DNA from: a virus
Lineage: Duplodnaviria > Caudoviricetes
IMG/VR virus record: IMGVR_UViG_3300032325_000820
Location: 1-53,937 of that record
Reading direction: 5' to 3' (one strand)
DNA length: 53,937 bases
Shown: positions 1 to 9,601 of the stretch, in pieces
Position numbering within the stretch: the stretch's first letter is position 1
Layout: the number at the start of each line of letters is the position of its first letter
Program-made: the position numbers and the translations under genes
The notes under the pieces: model-generated
What the model saw: only the letters and a program-made list of their open reading frames with translations
The model's database searches: none
What the model was told of the DNA's origin: nothing

Positions 1-123
1 AGGGGCGGCCGCTGCTGCTAGCGGTTCGGCTACTGCAGCGGGTTTATCGGCAGCAGGAGCTCTTGCTTCAGCCGGTGCAGCAGCGCTTTCAGCGGGTAGT
101 GCTTCAAGCTCGGCGTCCGATGC
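1..123. repeat. Terminal direct repeat, copy 1 (circular overlap)
   Basis: 1-123 identical to 53815-53937 (aggggcggcc...cgtccgatgc); unit length 53814 bp. Confidence 0.95.
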
Positions 124-418
124 TTCCTCTAGTGCTTCTGATGCCAGTCATTCTGCTAGCAGTGCCTCTACTTCAGCAACTAATGCAGCAAACAGTGCCA
201 CTGCGGCTCAAGACTACTTAAATACTCTTTTAAATACCGGATTAACTCTGCAAGGAGATGTAACCGGTAGCGGATTATTAAGTACGCCGATTGTTACCAC
301 ATTTAAACCTAATCCGGTATTTACCGGTAACGGCTCAATGACTATGCCTTCAGGTAATAATACTCAAAGACCTACTACCCTAATCCCCGGAATGATAAGG
401 TTTAACACTTCAGTTTAA
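2..418 (+). CDS. C-terminal part of tail fibre protein 1 (gene starts at 52667 and crosses the circular join; about 521 aa)
   Basis: Frame 2 open from base 2 to TAA 416-418; Ala/Ser heptads, then ...PSGNNTQRPTTLIPGMIRFNTSV*; in frame with ATG 52667 across the overlap. Confidence 0.85.
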   Translation, partial: GAAAAASGSATAAGLSAAGALASAGAAALSAGSASSSASDASSSASDASHSASSASTSATNAANSATAAQDYLNTLLNTGLTLQGDVTGSGLLSTPIVTTFKPNPVFTGNGSMTMPSGNNTQRPTTLIPGMIRFNTSV

Positions 419-459
419 CTTTATGATAAAATTTATTAATTAATTATAGGAGACTTAAA

Positions 460-1170
460 ATGACCGATAACTTAAATGACAAGAATCTAAAAGCACCACT
501 ACCGACATCTACCGGAAAACCGGAAGTTACTGACGGCACAAACTGGTTTACTCTTGCTACTGAAAACTGGGTTTTAAACACCTTAGGTAGCGTGCCTGCA
601 ACTTTGGCAGCAACGACTAGCAATTTAACGGCTACTTATGCAAATGGTACTAGTGGGACGGGAGCTACTTTAACTAATTCGGGAACTCAAAGCACGCTTG
701 TTATTGATGGAGTTACTTTAGCTGCAGGTAACAGGGTGCTAGTTAAAGATCAGACAGCTGCTTTGCAAAACGGAATATATACGGTAACTAATATCGGTTC
801 TACTACAACTAACTGGGTATTAACAAGAGCTACCGACTTTGATTCCCCGTCCCAAATGGTCAGAGGTAAGACTATTGATGTAATTAGCGGGACAGTAAAT
901 GCCGTAACATCATGGATGCTTACCGGAGCCGTTGCAACTGTCGGTACGGATAGCATTAGCTTTGCAAGACTTGCAAAAAGTGGACTAGATAGTGTGTTAG
1001 GCACGACCAATCAAATTACGGTAACGGTTACTAATAATGTCGCAACCGTTAGTATTAGTTCTAATCCTGTATTACCCGGCACTGCATCAGTTACTATTCC
1101 AACCGGAACAACGCTGCAGAGACCATCTACTCTAACTGCCGGAATGCTCAGATTTAACACCAGTCTCTAG
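460..1170 (+). CDS. Tail fibre / virion structural protein 2
   Basis: Thr/Gly-rich; IDGVTL..G.RVLVKDQT...QNGIY.V...W.LTRATDFD phage fibre domain; AGGAG RBS. Confidence 0.8.
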   Translation: MTDNLNDKNLKAPLPTSTGKPEVTDGTNWFTLATENWVLNTLGSVPATLAATTSNLTATYANGTSGTGATLTNSGTQSTLVIDGVTLAAGNRVLVKDQTAALQNGIYTVTNIGSTTTNWVLTRATDFDSPSQMVRGKTIDVISGTVNAVTSWMLTGAVATVGTDSISFARLAKSGLDSVLGTTNQITVTVTNNVATVSISSNPVLPGTASVTIPTGTTLQRPSTLTAGMLRFNTSL

Positions 1171-1195
1171 GAGAGAAATCAAATAGGTTTAAATA

Positions 1196-2404
1196 ATGAA
1201 GCTTGAGTTTTTTGATGGGACTAGCTGGTATAGTGTTGCAAGTGAAAACTTTGTTAATACTAAGGTATTTGATATCAACTCAAATACTAGCGGTCAATTA
1301 AATATCAATCGTTTAAACGGTTATCCGGCCAGTAGCTCTGTTTATCTAAGAGGAGACGGTACTTGGGCTACTCCGGCGGGAAGCGGGACGGTAACCTCGG
1401 TAAACATTGCAGTCGGAAGCGGCCTAACTGTTAGCGGTAGCCCCATTACTACTAGCGGTACTATAACAGTTAATATTGGCAGTATAGCAATAACACAGAT
1501 AGCCGGCTATAGCGCTGCTCCTACCGATACTTTTGTCAGAGGCAATAATACCTGGAGTAAGATATATTCAAGTATTATTAATTTTGATACGGAACTAAAT
1601 AGCGCAGGGCAAAATATTAATGCTCAAACCGGAACATTAATTGCCAATAACCTTGCTGCTTATAATTCAGGGGTAATTGTTTGTGGACATGCTCTTAGTA
1701 TCCAAGACACCGGGACTTATAAACCTTATAACGGTAGTTACGGTTATTTAAGTTCTTCCGGAGGAACCGGAACGTCTACGGGTCAGAATCCATACTCCAT
1801 TAACTGCAACAATAGAGTCAAGGCTTCCGAGTTTAATGCCGTTTCTTCCATTAAAACCAAAAATATTGAATCTTCAGGCAAGTCCATAGAAGAGGAAGCG
1901 TTAAAGAGATTTAATAAAATACCTTTCTTTAAATATAGTTATAAAGATAAAATTAAAAATGGCCAAGGAGTAACTTTTGGCATTGTTGCCGAACCTTTAA
2001 AGGAAGTTTTACCTGATTATGTTTTGGAGGACAAAAGTTTTGTCCCTAATATATTGCAGTCCTGTTTAATTAAACCGATAACGGAATATAGTTACCACTT
2101 AGTATTTAAAGAAAAATTAACCAATATTGAAGGGAGTAAACTACAGTTAATTTTACTTAATAAATCAATTGAAGTAGAGATTTTAAAAACTACCTCAAAG
2201 CGGTTAATCATTTCCTGCTCTGAAAAACTACCAAACAATGGATTTGCCTACGGCACTTTTGAAACCTGTCCTTCAGTTACCAAAAATAAACTTTTTGAAT
2301 TATCCATGGTGGTATTAAAAAACACCTTAAAACGTGTAGATATGCTTGAGAATAAACTCCAATATCTACGATTCATTAACAACAATTTAGGAGAATTAAA
2401 ATGA
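1196..2404 (+). CDS. Tail fibre 3 with C-terminal intramolecular chaperone (peptidase S74-like) domain
   Basis: YLRGDGTW and GTVTSV fibre motifs; SSIKTKNI...Y.Y...FGIVAE.LKEVLPDYV S74-like region and terminal coiled coil. Confidence 0.75.
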   Translation: MKLEFFDGTSWYSVASENFVNTKVFDINSNTSGQLNINRLNGYPASSSVYLRGDGTWATPAGSGTVTSVNIAVGSGLTVSGSPITTSGTITVNIGSIAITQIAGYSAAPTDTFVRGNNTWSKIYSSIINFDTELNSAGQNINAQTGTLIANNLAAYNSGVIVCGHALSIQDTGTYKPYNGSYGYLSSSGGTGTSTGQNPYSINCNNRVKASEFNAVSSIKTKNIESSGKSIEEEALKRFNKIPFFKYSYKDKIKNGQGVTFGIVAEPLKEVLPDYVLEDKSFVPNILQSCLIKPITEYSYHLVFKEKLTNIEGSKLQLILLNKSIEVEILKTTSKRLIISCSEKLPNNGFAYGTFETCPSVTKNKLFELSMVVLKNTLKRVDMLENKLQYLRFINNNLGELK

Positions 2405-2823
2405 GTACGGCTCTAAAAGACATAAGCACCAATTTAAATGATTTAAAATTAATTACTAGCACCCAAGTCGATCTATCCTATTTTAACAGTCTTGCAAGTA
2501 ACGTCTTTAGTGATCCAAGCATATATGCTAATATACAATCGGATGTTCAGTTCATTAACCAGATTGGGGGACAGCTTTTTAACTATTTTAGTGCGTCAGA
2601 TCCAAATACTCAAAAAATATGGTATGTAGCATTAAAATCAGGTTTAACTCAGTCAATTAATGATGCCAATAACTTAATTGGTAAGATTCCGCAAGACAAC
2701 CCAAAAGGCACTGATTTAACAGTAATCCTGAATGTGTTTATCGCGGACTGTCAGGCTATTTGTAAAATCATACCGCTTGATCAAAATCAGGTAGCAGAGA
2801 CAGTACCGGAAGAATTGAATTAA
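2401..2823 (+). CDS. Hypothetical protein
   Basis: ATG overlaps previous stop; AGGAG RBS; 140 aa. Confidence 0.6.
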   Translation: MSTALKDISTNLNDLKLITSTQVDLSYFNSLASNVFSDPSIYANIQSDVQFINQIGGQLFNYFSASDPNTQKIWYVALKSGLTQSINDANNLIGKIPQDNPKGTDLTVILNVFIADCQAICKIIPLDQNQVAETVPEELN

Positions 2824-2846
2824 TTAACAGAAATTAAAAAAGAAAT

Positions 2847-3251
2847 ATGAATTTTGTAAATTATCTTCCTGCTTCTTTTTCCAATCTTGATTATTCCAAA
2901 CAGGTAATTTTAGAATCAACTATTAACACTATATATGTTAATTCTATAACTATATGTAATACAAGCAATAATGATATCAGAATTAATTTATTAAAAAATA
3001 TCATTGGAACTGATAGCAGCTCAAATCAGACCTTTTTAACAAAAAATCTAGAAATTTCTGCTCCTGGAGCTAATAAAATCAGTACAATTAATCTGGTGTC
3101 TTATTTTGGATTAAACGAATTTCTGTCTGTATATATCAATAATAATATTACCTATACATGTCAGTTAATTATTTATTCTGGAGGAGTTAACCAGAACTTT
3201 GATTGTACTGTTAATTATAGTATATTTGTAGAAACACCAATTACATCTTAA
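2847..3251 (+). CDS. Hypothetical beta-rich virion protein
   Basis: 134 aa; SITICNTSN pattern seen in small phage structural proteins; very AT-rich. Confidence 0.5.
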   Translation: MNFVNYLPASFSNLDYSKQVILESTINTIYVNSITICNTSNNDIRINLLKNIIGTDSSSNQTFLTKNLEISAPGANKISTINLVSYFGLNEFLSVYINNNITYTCQLIIYSGGVNQNFDCTVNYSIFVETPITS

Positions 3252-3255
3252 AAAA

Positions 3256-4386
3256 ATGAAAGATAGATATATTAACGACCTTTTAGCTAAACAAGCTTAC
3301 ATCTCAGATAATTTGGCTCGCAAAGACCCATTTGACAAGGCTATTAGAAAGGCTGTCGAATCGGCTAAGAAATCTATAAAAATGGATGAGGATCAGGAAG
3401 ATAAGGCACTTCGTAATAGCCTTTTAACTTGGTCTGAGGAAATGCACAAAATGCCGAGAACAAAAGGATTATTGGCTAATTTTGCTCAAGCCGGCAGAGC
3501 GTTGCTACCTGCATTAAAAACTCATGATATTTATGAAGATGCTGCCGAGGAAGAAAATTTAAAAATGCTGCAACATGCACAGCAGCAAAGAGCAGCAGAA
3601 GAGGCAAAAGCGGCTCAGTTAGAAGCAGCAGCTTACCAAAGAGAAATGGCAGATAAACAAATGGCTCACCAAGGGGCTATGCTAGAAGAGCAGAAGAGAT
3701 ATCATGACCAGTCTTTATTTGCAAAGCTTGCAAAAGCTGCGCAGAAAAAAGAGGGGGATTTCAAAGAATACGAAGGAAAAACTTATAGAACTTTGAATAA
3801 AGCTGACCAAAGTAAAGCCGGAGATGCTAAGGCTATTGCTAATGCTGCAGCTATAAAAGACCAGGATATGAATAAAAGTTTTGAAGATTTAGAGAAACTT
3901 GGAAAAGAGAATTGGTTTCATCCTTTAGGGCGAGGTTCTAGCATTATTAACCCTATAAAAGATACTATAGGTAATGTATTTGGGGTAGAAGATCTTCAAA
4001 AAGAAACGGCTTTAAGAAATTTGTTTATTGCCGAGCTTGGGCAATTAAGGACCATAGCCGAAAGATTAAATACCGGTACTAACGGTATAACTCAAGGAAT
4101 GTATGATCGATTGTCCCCGTATTTTGCCGATCCTAAGAATGATAGTCTTCCGACTTTAAAAATGAAAATAGATCATCTTTCAAAAGAAATTCAAGACATA
4201 CAAAAAGCAGCGACTATAAAACATGAGCAAGGCATTCATTTTGATGTCGGTGATTTAGAGACACCAACTATAGAATCAGATTTTGTTTTGATGCTTGACC
4301 CCAAAACAGGTAAAAAAGATTCTATTCATAAAAGCTGGGTGCAGGATGCTATAAATAAAGATGGTCTGCAGGTAGTAAATGAGTAA
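3256..4386 (+). CDS. Putative internal virion (DNA ejection) protein
   Basis: Helical, Ala/Gln/Lys-rich, no Cys; at the end of the tail operon. Confidence 0.5.
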   Translation: MKDRYINDLLAKQAYISDNLARKDPFDKAIRKAVESAKKSIKMDEDQEDKALRNSLLTWSEEMHKMPRTKGLLANFAQAGRALLPALKTHDIYEDAAEEENLKMLQHAQQQRAAEEAKAAQLEAAAYQREMADKQMAHQGAMLEEQKRYHDQSLFAKLAKAAQKKEGDFKEYEGKTYRTLNKADQSKAGDAKAIANAAAIKDQDMNKSFEDLEKLGKENWFHPLGRGSSIINPIKDTIGNVFGVEDLQKETALRNLFIAELGQLRTIAERLNTGTNGITQGMYDRLSPYFADPKNDSLPTLKMKIDHLSKEIQDIQKAATIKHEQGIHFDVGDLETPTIESDFVLMLDPKTGKKDSIHKSWVQDAINKDGLQVVNE

Positions 4387-6193
4387 ATTTGATAAATATA
4401 AAACTCCTAAAAATATAAATACAGATTATTCTTCTGATGAAAGAAGTAGTGTATTTGATAAATATCAGAGTCCCAAATCCATACCTAAAGAAGTATCGCC
4501 GAGACCGGATAGATGGTGGGGAGAAAAAGCAGCATTAAAAGGAGCAATGGATTTAGTTGATGCTCCGACTAATTTAGCTAACTTAGGAGAAACAGGAATT
4601 AAAACCTATTTAAATAAAACCGGTAATATGCTAAGAAAAGCTGCCGGCAGAGAAGCTATATCATATAATAATCCTAATTTCTTCAGTGAAGAAAACATGC
4701 CGAGAATATCTACTCATATAAAATCATTTGCCAAAAACAAAGGTATTGATTTAGAACCTAGATATAATACAAATTCAGAGCAATTTGTCGGTGAATTAAT
4801 AGGAAATGCTACAAGCGGTGGATTATTTGGAAAATTAAGCCAAGGAGCAAAAGCTTTGGAAGGAGCAAAAACGGCTGTTAAATTAGATTTAGGAAGTAAA
4901 GCTTTACAACAGAGCGGACTTGATCCTTTATATGCAGATATAGCGGTTAATTTTTCACCAAACGTTGCAAGTAAAGCAGCAAATATAATAAAACATCCCA
5001 AAGAAAAGATATATTACCCTTTGGGCAGAAAAATTTTAGGATTAACTCCCGATAAATTAGATAGTAAGGCATTAAAAGCTGCAAGAGATTTAGGCATAGA
5101 TTTACCTGCTGCGGCAGTTACCGATTCCAATTTAACGGGTCTTGCCGATCAATGGCTACAAAAAACTCCTGTTTTGGGTCATAAATTAAAAAATAAATAT
5201 ATTACTACTCAAGAACAAACAAAAAGAGCTTTAGAAGATATTTTTAACAAAACCGGTCCATCAAGAACTCCGGAAATAGAAGCTCAAATTGCGGGTTTAT
5301 ATGATAGAGCCGAAAAATCACTACCTCTTGATGCAAAGGTATTACCAGCTAATCTTAAAAAGGCTATTGATGATATTAAAATCAATACGGCTATTCTTTC
5401 TCCTGATGAAAAAAGCCTCCTGCAGTCACTTGAAACTATTAAAAACGAGATAGAGCCGGCATCAAAAATAATAAGTCAGTACGGACCTATAAAGTTACCG
5501 CTACAAGCGTATGACGTTAATAAACTCGTCGGTACTAAAAAAAGCCTAAATTCAATTATAAAATGGGATACGGACGCAGGGGTTAAAAAGCAGCTTAAAA
5601 AAATACAAAAAGCGATTTCGCAGGATATTAAAGAGTACGGCAACAGTAACCCGGAGTGGTATCAGACTTTTAAGGGTGCTGATAAATTATACGGCAATGT
5701 GGCAAAAAGAGAAAAACTCGAAAATATACTCGGGCATAAAGGAACAAACTGGACTTTTGAAGATTTAAAATATAATGCACTTGCCAAGGCAATAAATGAT
5801 CCTAAAAATTTTAAGATTATAAAGAAACAACTTACTCCGGAAGCTAACGAGCAAGTACAAAAATTAGGCACTGTAGCAAAAGCTATGGCATTAAAGAACG
5901 CTCGTATTCCCAACCCCTCAGGAACGGCAATAACTGCAAGTACTTTAGGGCTTATAGGAGGAGTTTATGCTAATCCTCTGCTAGCATTAAGCGGTTCGGG
6001 ACTTGGAACGGTAGGAGGGGGTTTAATAGCACGTGATTTATTAACTAATAAAAAGTTTTTAGACTTAAGCCTGCAAAATGCTGAGAAACAAGCAACTAAA
6101 TTACCTTTTAAACAACGTTATTATAACGAAATAACAGATAATTTACGCAAGCATTCTCCTCTCATTTTAACTAGGGAAGCTAACAGATTTTGA
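4379..6193 (+). CDS. Putative DNA ejection/transfer protein
   Basis: 604 aa, helical, no Cys; ALKAARDLGIDLP and NPSGTA motifs with Gly-rich hydrophobic C-terminal segment, as in podovirus ejection proteins. Confidence 0.6.
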   Translation: MSKFDKYKTPKNINTDYSSDERSSVFDKYQSPKSIPKEVSPRPDRWWGEKAALKGAMDLVDAPTNLANLGETGIKTYLNKTGNMLRKAAGREAISYNNPNFFSEENMPRISTHIKSFAKNKGIDLEPRYNTNSEQFVGELIGNATSGGLFGKLSQGAKALEGAKTAVKLDLGSKALQQSGLDPLYADIAVNFSPNVASKAANIIKHPKEKIYYPLGRKILGLTPDKLDSKALKAARDLGIDLPAAAVTDSNLTGLADQWLQKTPVLGHKLKNKYITTQEQTKRALEDIFNKTGPSRTPEIEAQIAGLYDRAEKSLPLDAKVLPANLKKAIDDIKINTAILSPDEKSLLQSLETIKNEIEPASKIISQYGPIKLPLQAYDVNKLVGTKKSLNSIIKWDTDAGVKKQLKKIQKAISQDIKEYGNSNPEWYQTFKGADKLYGNVAKREKLENILGHKGTNWTFEDLKYNALAKAINDPKNFKIIKKQLTPEANEQVQKLGTVAKAMALKNARIPNPSGTAITASTLGLIGGVYANPLLALSGSGLGTVGGGLIARDLLTNKKFLDLSLQNAEKQATKLPFKQRYYNEITDNLRKHSPLILTREANRF

Positions 6194-6305
6194 TAATGGG
6201 ATTTGAGTTTAATCAAAGGATAAATCCTTAGCGTAGGATATTTTCCGAATTCTATCGTGATCCCTTATCGTGTATTTACGGCCAATTATTCCTGATGCCC
6301 TTAAT

Positions 6306-8219
6306 CTATCCATAAAACTTTTTTTGCTTAAATTCAAAAGCTGGAACAATATCTATTCCATATCCGCGAATTGGTTGGTTTGCAGTATAATTCGGATTTC
6401 TTATATATTCCATTGGATCATAACCGAAATTATTATACCAAGTTCCTTCTATTTCACTATATGGTTTATTTGCTGCTTTCATATTTGCAAAATAATTATT
6501 GTAATATTTTTGTTTTTCTTCTGTTAATCTCAAGTTTTCAGATTGTATATGCTTTTCAAGCATCTTTTGTCTTTGTCGCTCTTTCATTAATTGAGCTTCT
6601 TTAGTAGCATCCTGGTTTACTAATTCTTCTTGCCTTGTTTTATAATCTTCTGTAGATTTTATAGCATCATTTCTAGAAGCTAGCTCTTTTTCAAGCTCGC
6701 TATATCTATTTTTTAGATCAGATATGGAGGATAAATCTATACCTTGATTATTAAAATGATTAAATACCGTGTTAATGCCTCCTTCTGCACCTGAAGCGTA
6801 TCCTGTCCCTCTAGCATTATTAAGTAACATTGGTTGCTGAAAGTTTTTTTCGTTTTGATATGCCCTATATAATTGTTCGTTGTTTTCTTGGTCATTCTTC
6901 CATTTTTCCAATCCTTTTAAATTGGTGTTTTTTATATCCCCGAGAGTATTACTAAATTCTGTATTAGCTAATTGATCATACTGCCCGAGTTTACCTATTT
7001 TATTTATGTCTTCATGGTGTTTAGAGGCTATATTTTTTAGTAAATCATTTTTAACAAGATTGCCTCTTGAGGTAAGAGTTGCATCACTTAACTCTCTCAT
7101 TCTATTGCTAACGGATTTTAAATGAGCACCACTTCCATAAGTACCCTGTCTGATATATTTTGCATTTAGAGCGTTTAAATCAGCTTCTAATTTTTTTTGT
7201 CCCTCATAATCAAGAGCTTCAAATTTAGCTTTTAATTGCTCAGGCAAATTCCCTACGACTTGATTTATTGAATTTGGTGTATTTTCTATACCCTTGCGGA
7301 CTAATTTACGATCAAGATAGTTCTTATCTTTATAAGACGGACTTAATTCTTCAGCTAGTTTATATGATCTATCCATTGTTGGATTAATTGGTTCTACCAG
7401 CTTTCCTTGGTAGACAGGCATATTAATTCTATTAGAACTTTCCCATTGATTAACCGGTTTATTAGTATCTATTCCATAAGCTTGTAGAGCTTTTACAAGT
7501 TGTTGTGCATTCACTTGTGCTAAATCAGGATGGATTTCTTCTCCACTGCCAATAGTATCTAGTACCTGCTGCAAATTCTGTAATCTTACGTAAGGATCAT
7601 CTTTTTCAGCTTCAAACCTAGCTTTCTCTGCCGTAAGTCCCTTGTTTATTATGCCGTGTTTTTGTTCTCCGTAGCCATAAAGATCACTGATTAATCCTTT
7701 TTTTCTTGCTTCTTTAGCTTTTGCAGATTGAGAGAGTGCCGTAAAAGCTGAGCGGTTTTTCTTACCTTCTAATTCTCTTATTGGAGCATTTAAATTCTCT
7801 ATATCAGAACCGAGTTCATTAAGCTTAATACCACTATCTTGAGCCATTTTTTCTTTTAATTTGTCAGAATAGGGGGCAAAATTGGCTCCATACTGCCTAT
7901 TTAATTTATCAAAAACTATTCCGTTATTAAATGAACTATGTTTTTCGTTAAGGTTTCTTAAAATCTCTCCTATATTTTCTTTTGTCAGTCCTTCTGCACT
8001 TGCATTTGCTAATGATTGAAGGCCGCCCTGATATGGCATACCTTTAGATAGACGCCTTTGTTCTAAGGCTTGTGCTCTTTGTGTTAGAGCAGACATAGGA
8101 GCAATAGTTTTACCGGGGTAAGGGGTATAATTAGTACCTGATAGTTTACTACTATCCCTAAGTAATATTCCCCTTGCTTTATTCCTTAATTCATCAAAAG
8201 ATAAGCTATTTTTTGACAT
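6306..8219 (-). CDS. Putative internal virion/ejection protein with internal duplication
   Basis: 637 aa; PYPGKTIAPMS motif recurs as VYQGKLVEPIN; coiled coil. Confidence 0.55.
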   Translation of the reverse strand: MSKNSLSFDELRNKARGILLRDSSKLSGTNYTPYPGKTIAPMSALTQRAQALEQRRLSKGMPYQGGLQSLANASAEGLTKENIGEILRNLNEKHSSFNNGIVFDKLNRQYGANFAPYSDKLKEKMAQDSGIKLNELGSDIENLNAPIRELEGKKNRSAFTALSQSAKAKEARKKGLISDLYGYGEQKHGIINKGLTAEKARFEAEKDDPYVRLQNLQQVLDTIGSGEEIHPDLAQVNAQQLVKALQAYGIDTNKPVNQWESSNRINMPVYQGKLVEPINPTMDRSYKLAEELSPSYKDKNYLDRKLVRKGIENTPNSINQVVGNLPEQLKAKFEALDYEGQKKLEADLNALNAKYIRQGTYGSGAHLKSVSNRMRELSDATLTSRGNLVKNDLLKNIASKHHEDINKIGKLGQYDQLANTEFSNTLGDIKNTNLKGLEKWKNDQENNEQLYRAYQNEKNFQQPMLLNNARGTGYASGAEGGINTVFNHFNNQGIDLSSISDLKNRYSELEKELASRNDAIKSTEDYKTRQEELVNQDATKEAQLMKERQRQKMLEKHIQSENLRLTEEKQKYYNNYFANMKAANKPYSEIEGTWYNNFGYDPMEYIRNPNYTANQPIRGYGIDIVPAFEFKQKKFYG

Positions 8220-8222
8220 GAT

Positions 8223-9326
8223 TTAAAACCTTATGGGAGTTCCTGAAAATTGTGGGTTGTTATAATAATTTAACCATCTACCAGTACGTGCGTATTCATC
8301 GGGATTACTAACTCTGCTATAAATAGGTTCAATATCTATTTTCTCTTCCGGTAAGAATTTTTTGCGGGCATTTCGGCGTCTTGCTTGCTCCAATTGAAGT
8401 TCGTATTGCTCCTGTGCTGCCATTTCTTCCGGAGTTAGTCGTTGAGCCAGCATTTTTTCTTTTAGTTCCTTACCTTCTTGTGCTGCAGTCTTTGGTTTTG
8501 GTTGATTAAATCTATCATATAAACTAAGACCTGTACTCCCAAGAGCTAATAGGTTCTTAGGTTTACTTAAAAAGTTCATACTATTATCTTGTAGTTTATC
8601 AAGAAAACTCATGTTGTCCTTTTCCTTCTCTTTAGCAAGTAGATACTGTAAATAACTCTCAGTATCGTCACCGGCAGATACACCTACACCTTTTTGACTG
8701 CTGCCTCCTGACATAGAAGATAGGGTACTTCCGCCTGTTAAATAATCTGATACTCCAAGTGATTTTTCAGCTCCGGTAAAGGGTAAGCCAAGTCCCCTAA
8801 CTCCTCTGCCGAGTTGAGCTATATTACCCATCCAACTGCCCATATTATTACTGCCGTAATTTTGAAGAGCCTGCCCGATAGAATTAGCACCGAGTTTAGT
8901 TAAACCTTGTCCCGCTAAGTTACCTACCATCGGTAATGCCGTTCCATACCCGGCGCCTTTTAAAGCTCCGTAAAGGGGGTTTTCTCCATCACCGCGTATA
9001 GCAGACCTCGCAGCTCCACCTAAAGCTCCTCCAAGCGGTCCACCAAAAATAGCAGCTGCCGTACCGATTGTATCGGCTATGGTACGTTTTGGGTTTTTTA
9101 AAGTTTTACTTATTGTTTTAGCAGGATTCTTTAAAAAGTTTCTTACACCTCTAAAAAAGAATTCAGGAAGCCCAGTATCAGGGTTAATGCTGCCGCTACC
9201 GCCCATCTTTTTAAGCATTATAGCCTCAAGTGGATTAACGTGAGCAAGCTCAGTGTCCCCGTTACGGCCTTTCTTCTTGATTTGCTCTAAAAGGCAATTA
9301 ATATCTTTTTTGTTATATTTTTTCAT
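8223..9326 (-). CDS. Putative ejection/pilot protein
   Basis: GRNGDTELAHVNP.E..LK..GGSG.INP.TGLPEF podovirus motif followed by Gly/Ala amphipathic segments. Confidence 0.6.
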   Translation of the reverse strand: MKKYNKKDINCLLEQIKKKGRNGDTELAHVNPLEAIMLKKMGGSGSINPDTGLPEFFFRGVRNFLKNPAKTISKTLKNPKRTIADTIGTAAAIFGGPLGGALGGAARSAIRGDGENPLYGALKGAGYGTALPMVGNLAGQGLTKLGANSIGQALQNYGSNNMGSWMGNIAQLGRGVRGLGLPFTGAEKSLGVSDYLTGGSTLSSMSGGSSQKGVGVSAGDDTESYLQYLLAKEKEKDNMSFLDKLQDNSMNFLSKPKNLLALGSTGLSLYDRFNQPKPKTAAQEGKELKEKMLAQRLTPEEMAAQEQYELQLEQARRRNARKKFLPEEKIDIEPIYSRVSNPDEYARTGRWLNYYNNPQFSGTPIRF

Positions 9327-9601
9327 TGTTTATCCTTACTTGTAATCATGATAATGTATACGGCTCTTGCCCAATCTTCCCAGCTTTTAAATAAATCAGC
9401 TTTTTTACTTCCTTTAGCCGTAGTTGCTGCCGGAATAGCATTCTTTCTAAACACTCCGATCCCGGCAATTTTATTAGCCCATTCCTGCCATTCTTCAGTT
9501 TCTCTCGGTACCGGTAATCTTTCGTTTCTATATATTTTAATTAGCTCTGCTGCCCACCCGTTAAAACTTATATATTTAGGAAAAGGAAGATTACTGATCA
9601 T
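9323..9601 (-). CDS. Small Trp-rich phage protein
   Basis: WQEWA/WEDWA motifs; overlaps both neighbours. Confidence 0.6.
   Translation of the reverse strand: MISNLPFPKYISFNGWAAELIKIYRNERLPVPRETEEWQEWANKIAGIGVFRKNAIPAATTAKGSKKADLFKSWEDWARAVYIIMITSKDKQ

Noticed and set aside
419-459. Simple stop-codon readthrough fusing the tail fibre genes
   Set aside because: The downstream ORFs are in different frames at both junctions and have their own start codons.
750-1010. Short antisense/shadow ORFs (e.g. 750-1010, 4714-5001, 10478-10963, 17974-18300, 34972-35316, 42041-42325)
   Set aside because: They lie opposite well-supported genes and show no motifs; expected shadows, unlike the same-strand nested ORF 34830-35363.
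6192-6269. tRNA gene
   Set aside because: Branched fold but no TTC T-loop, D-loop consensus or proper acceptor stem.
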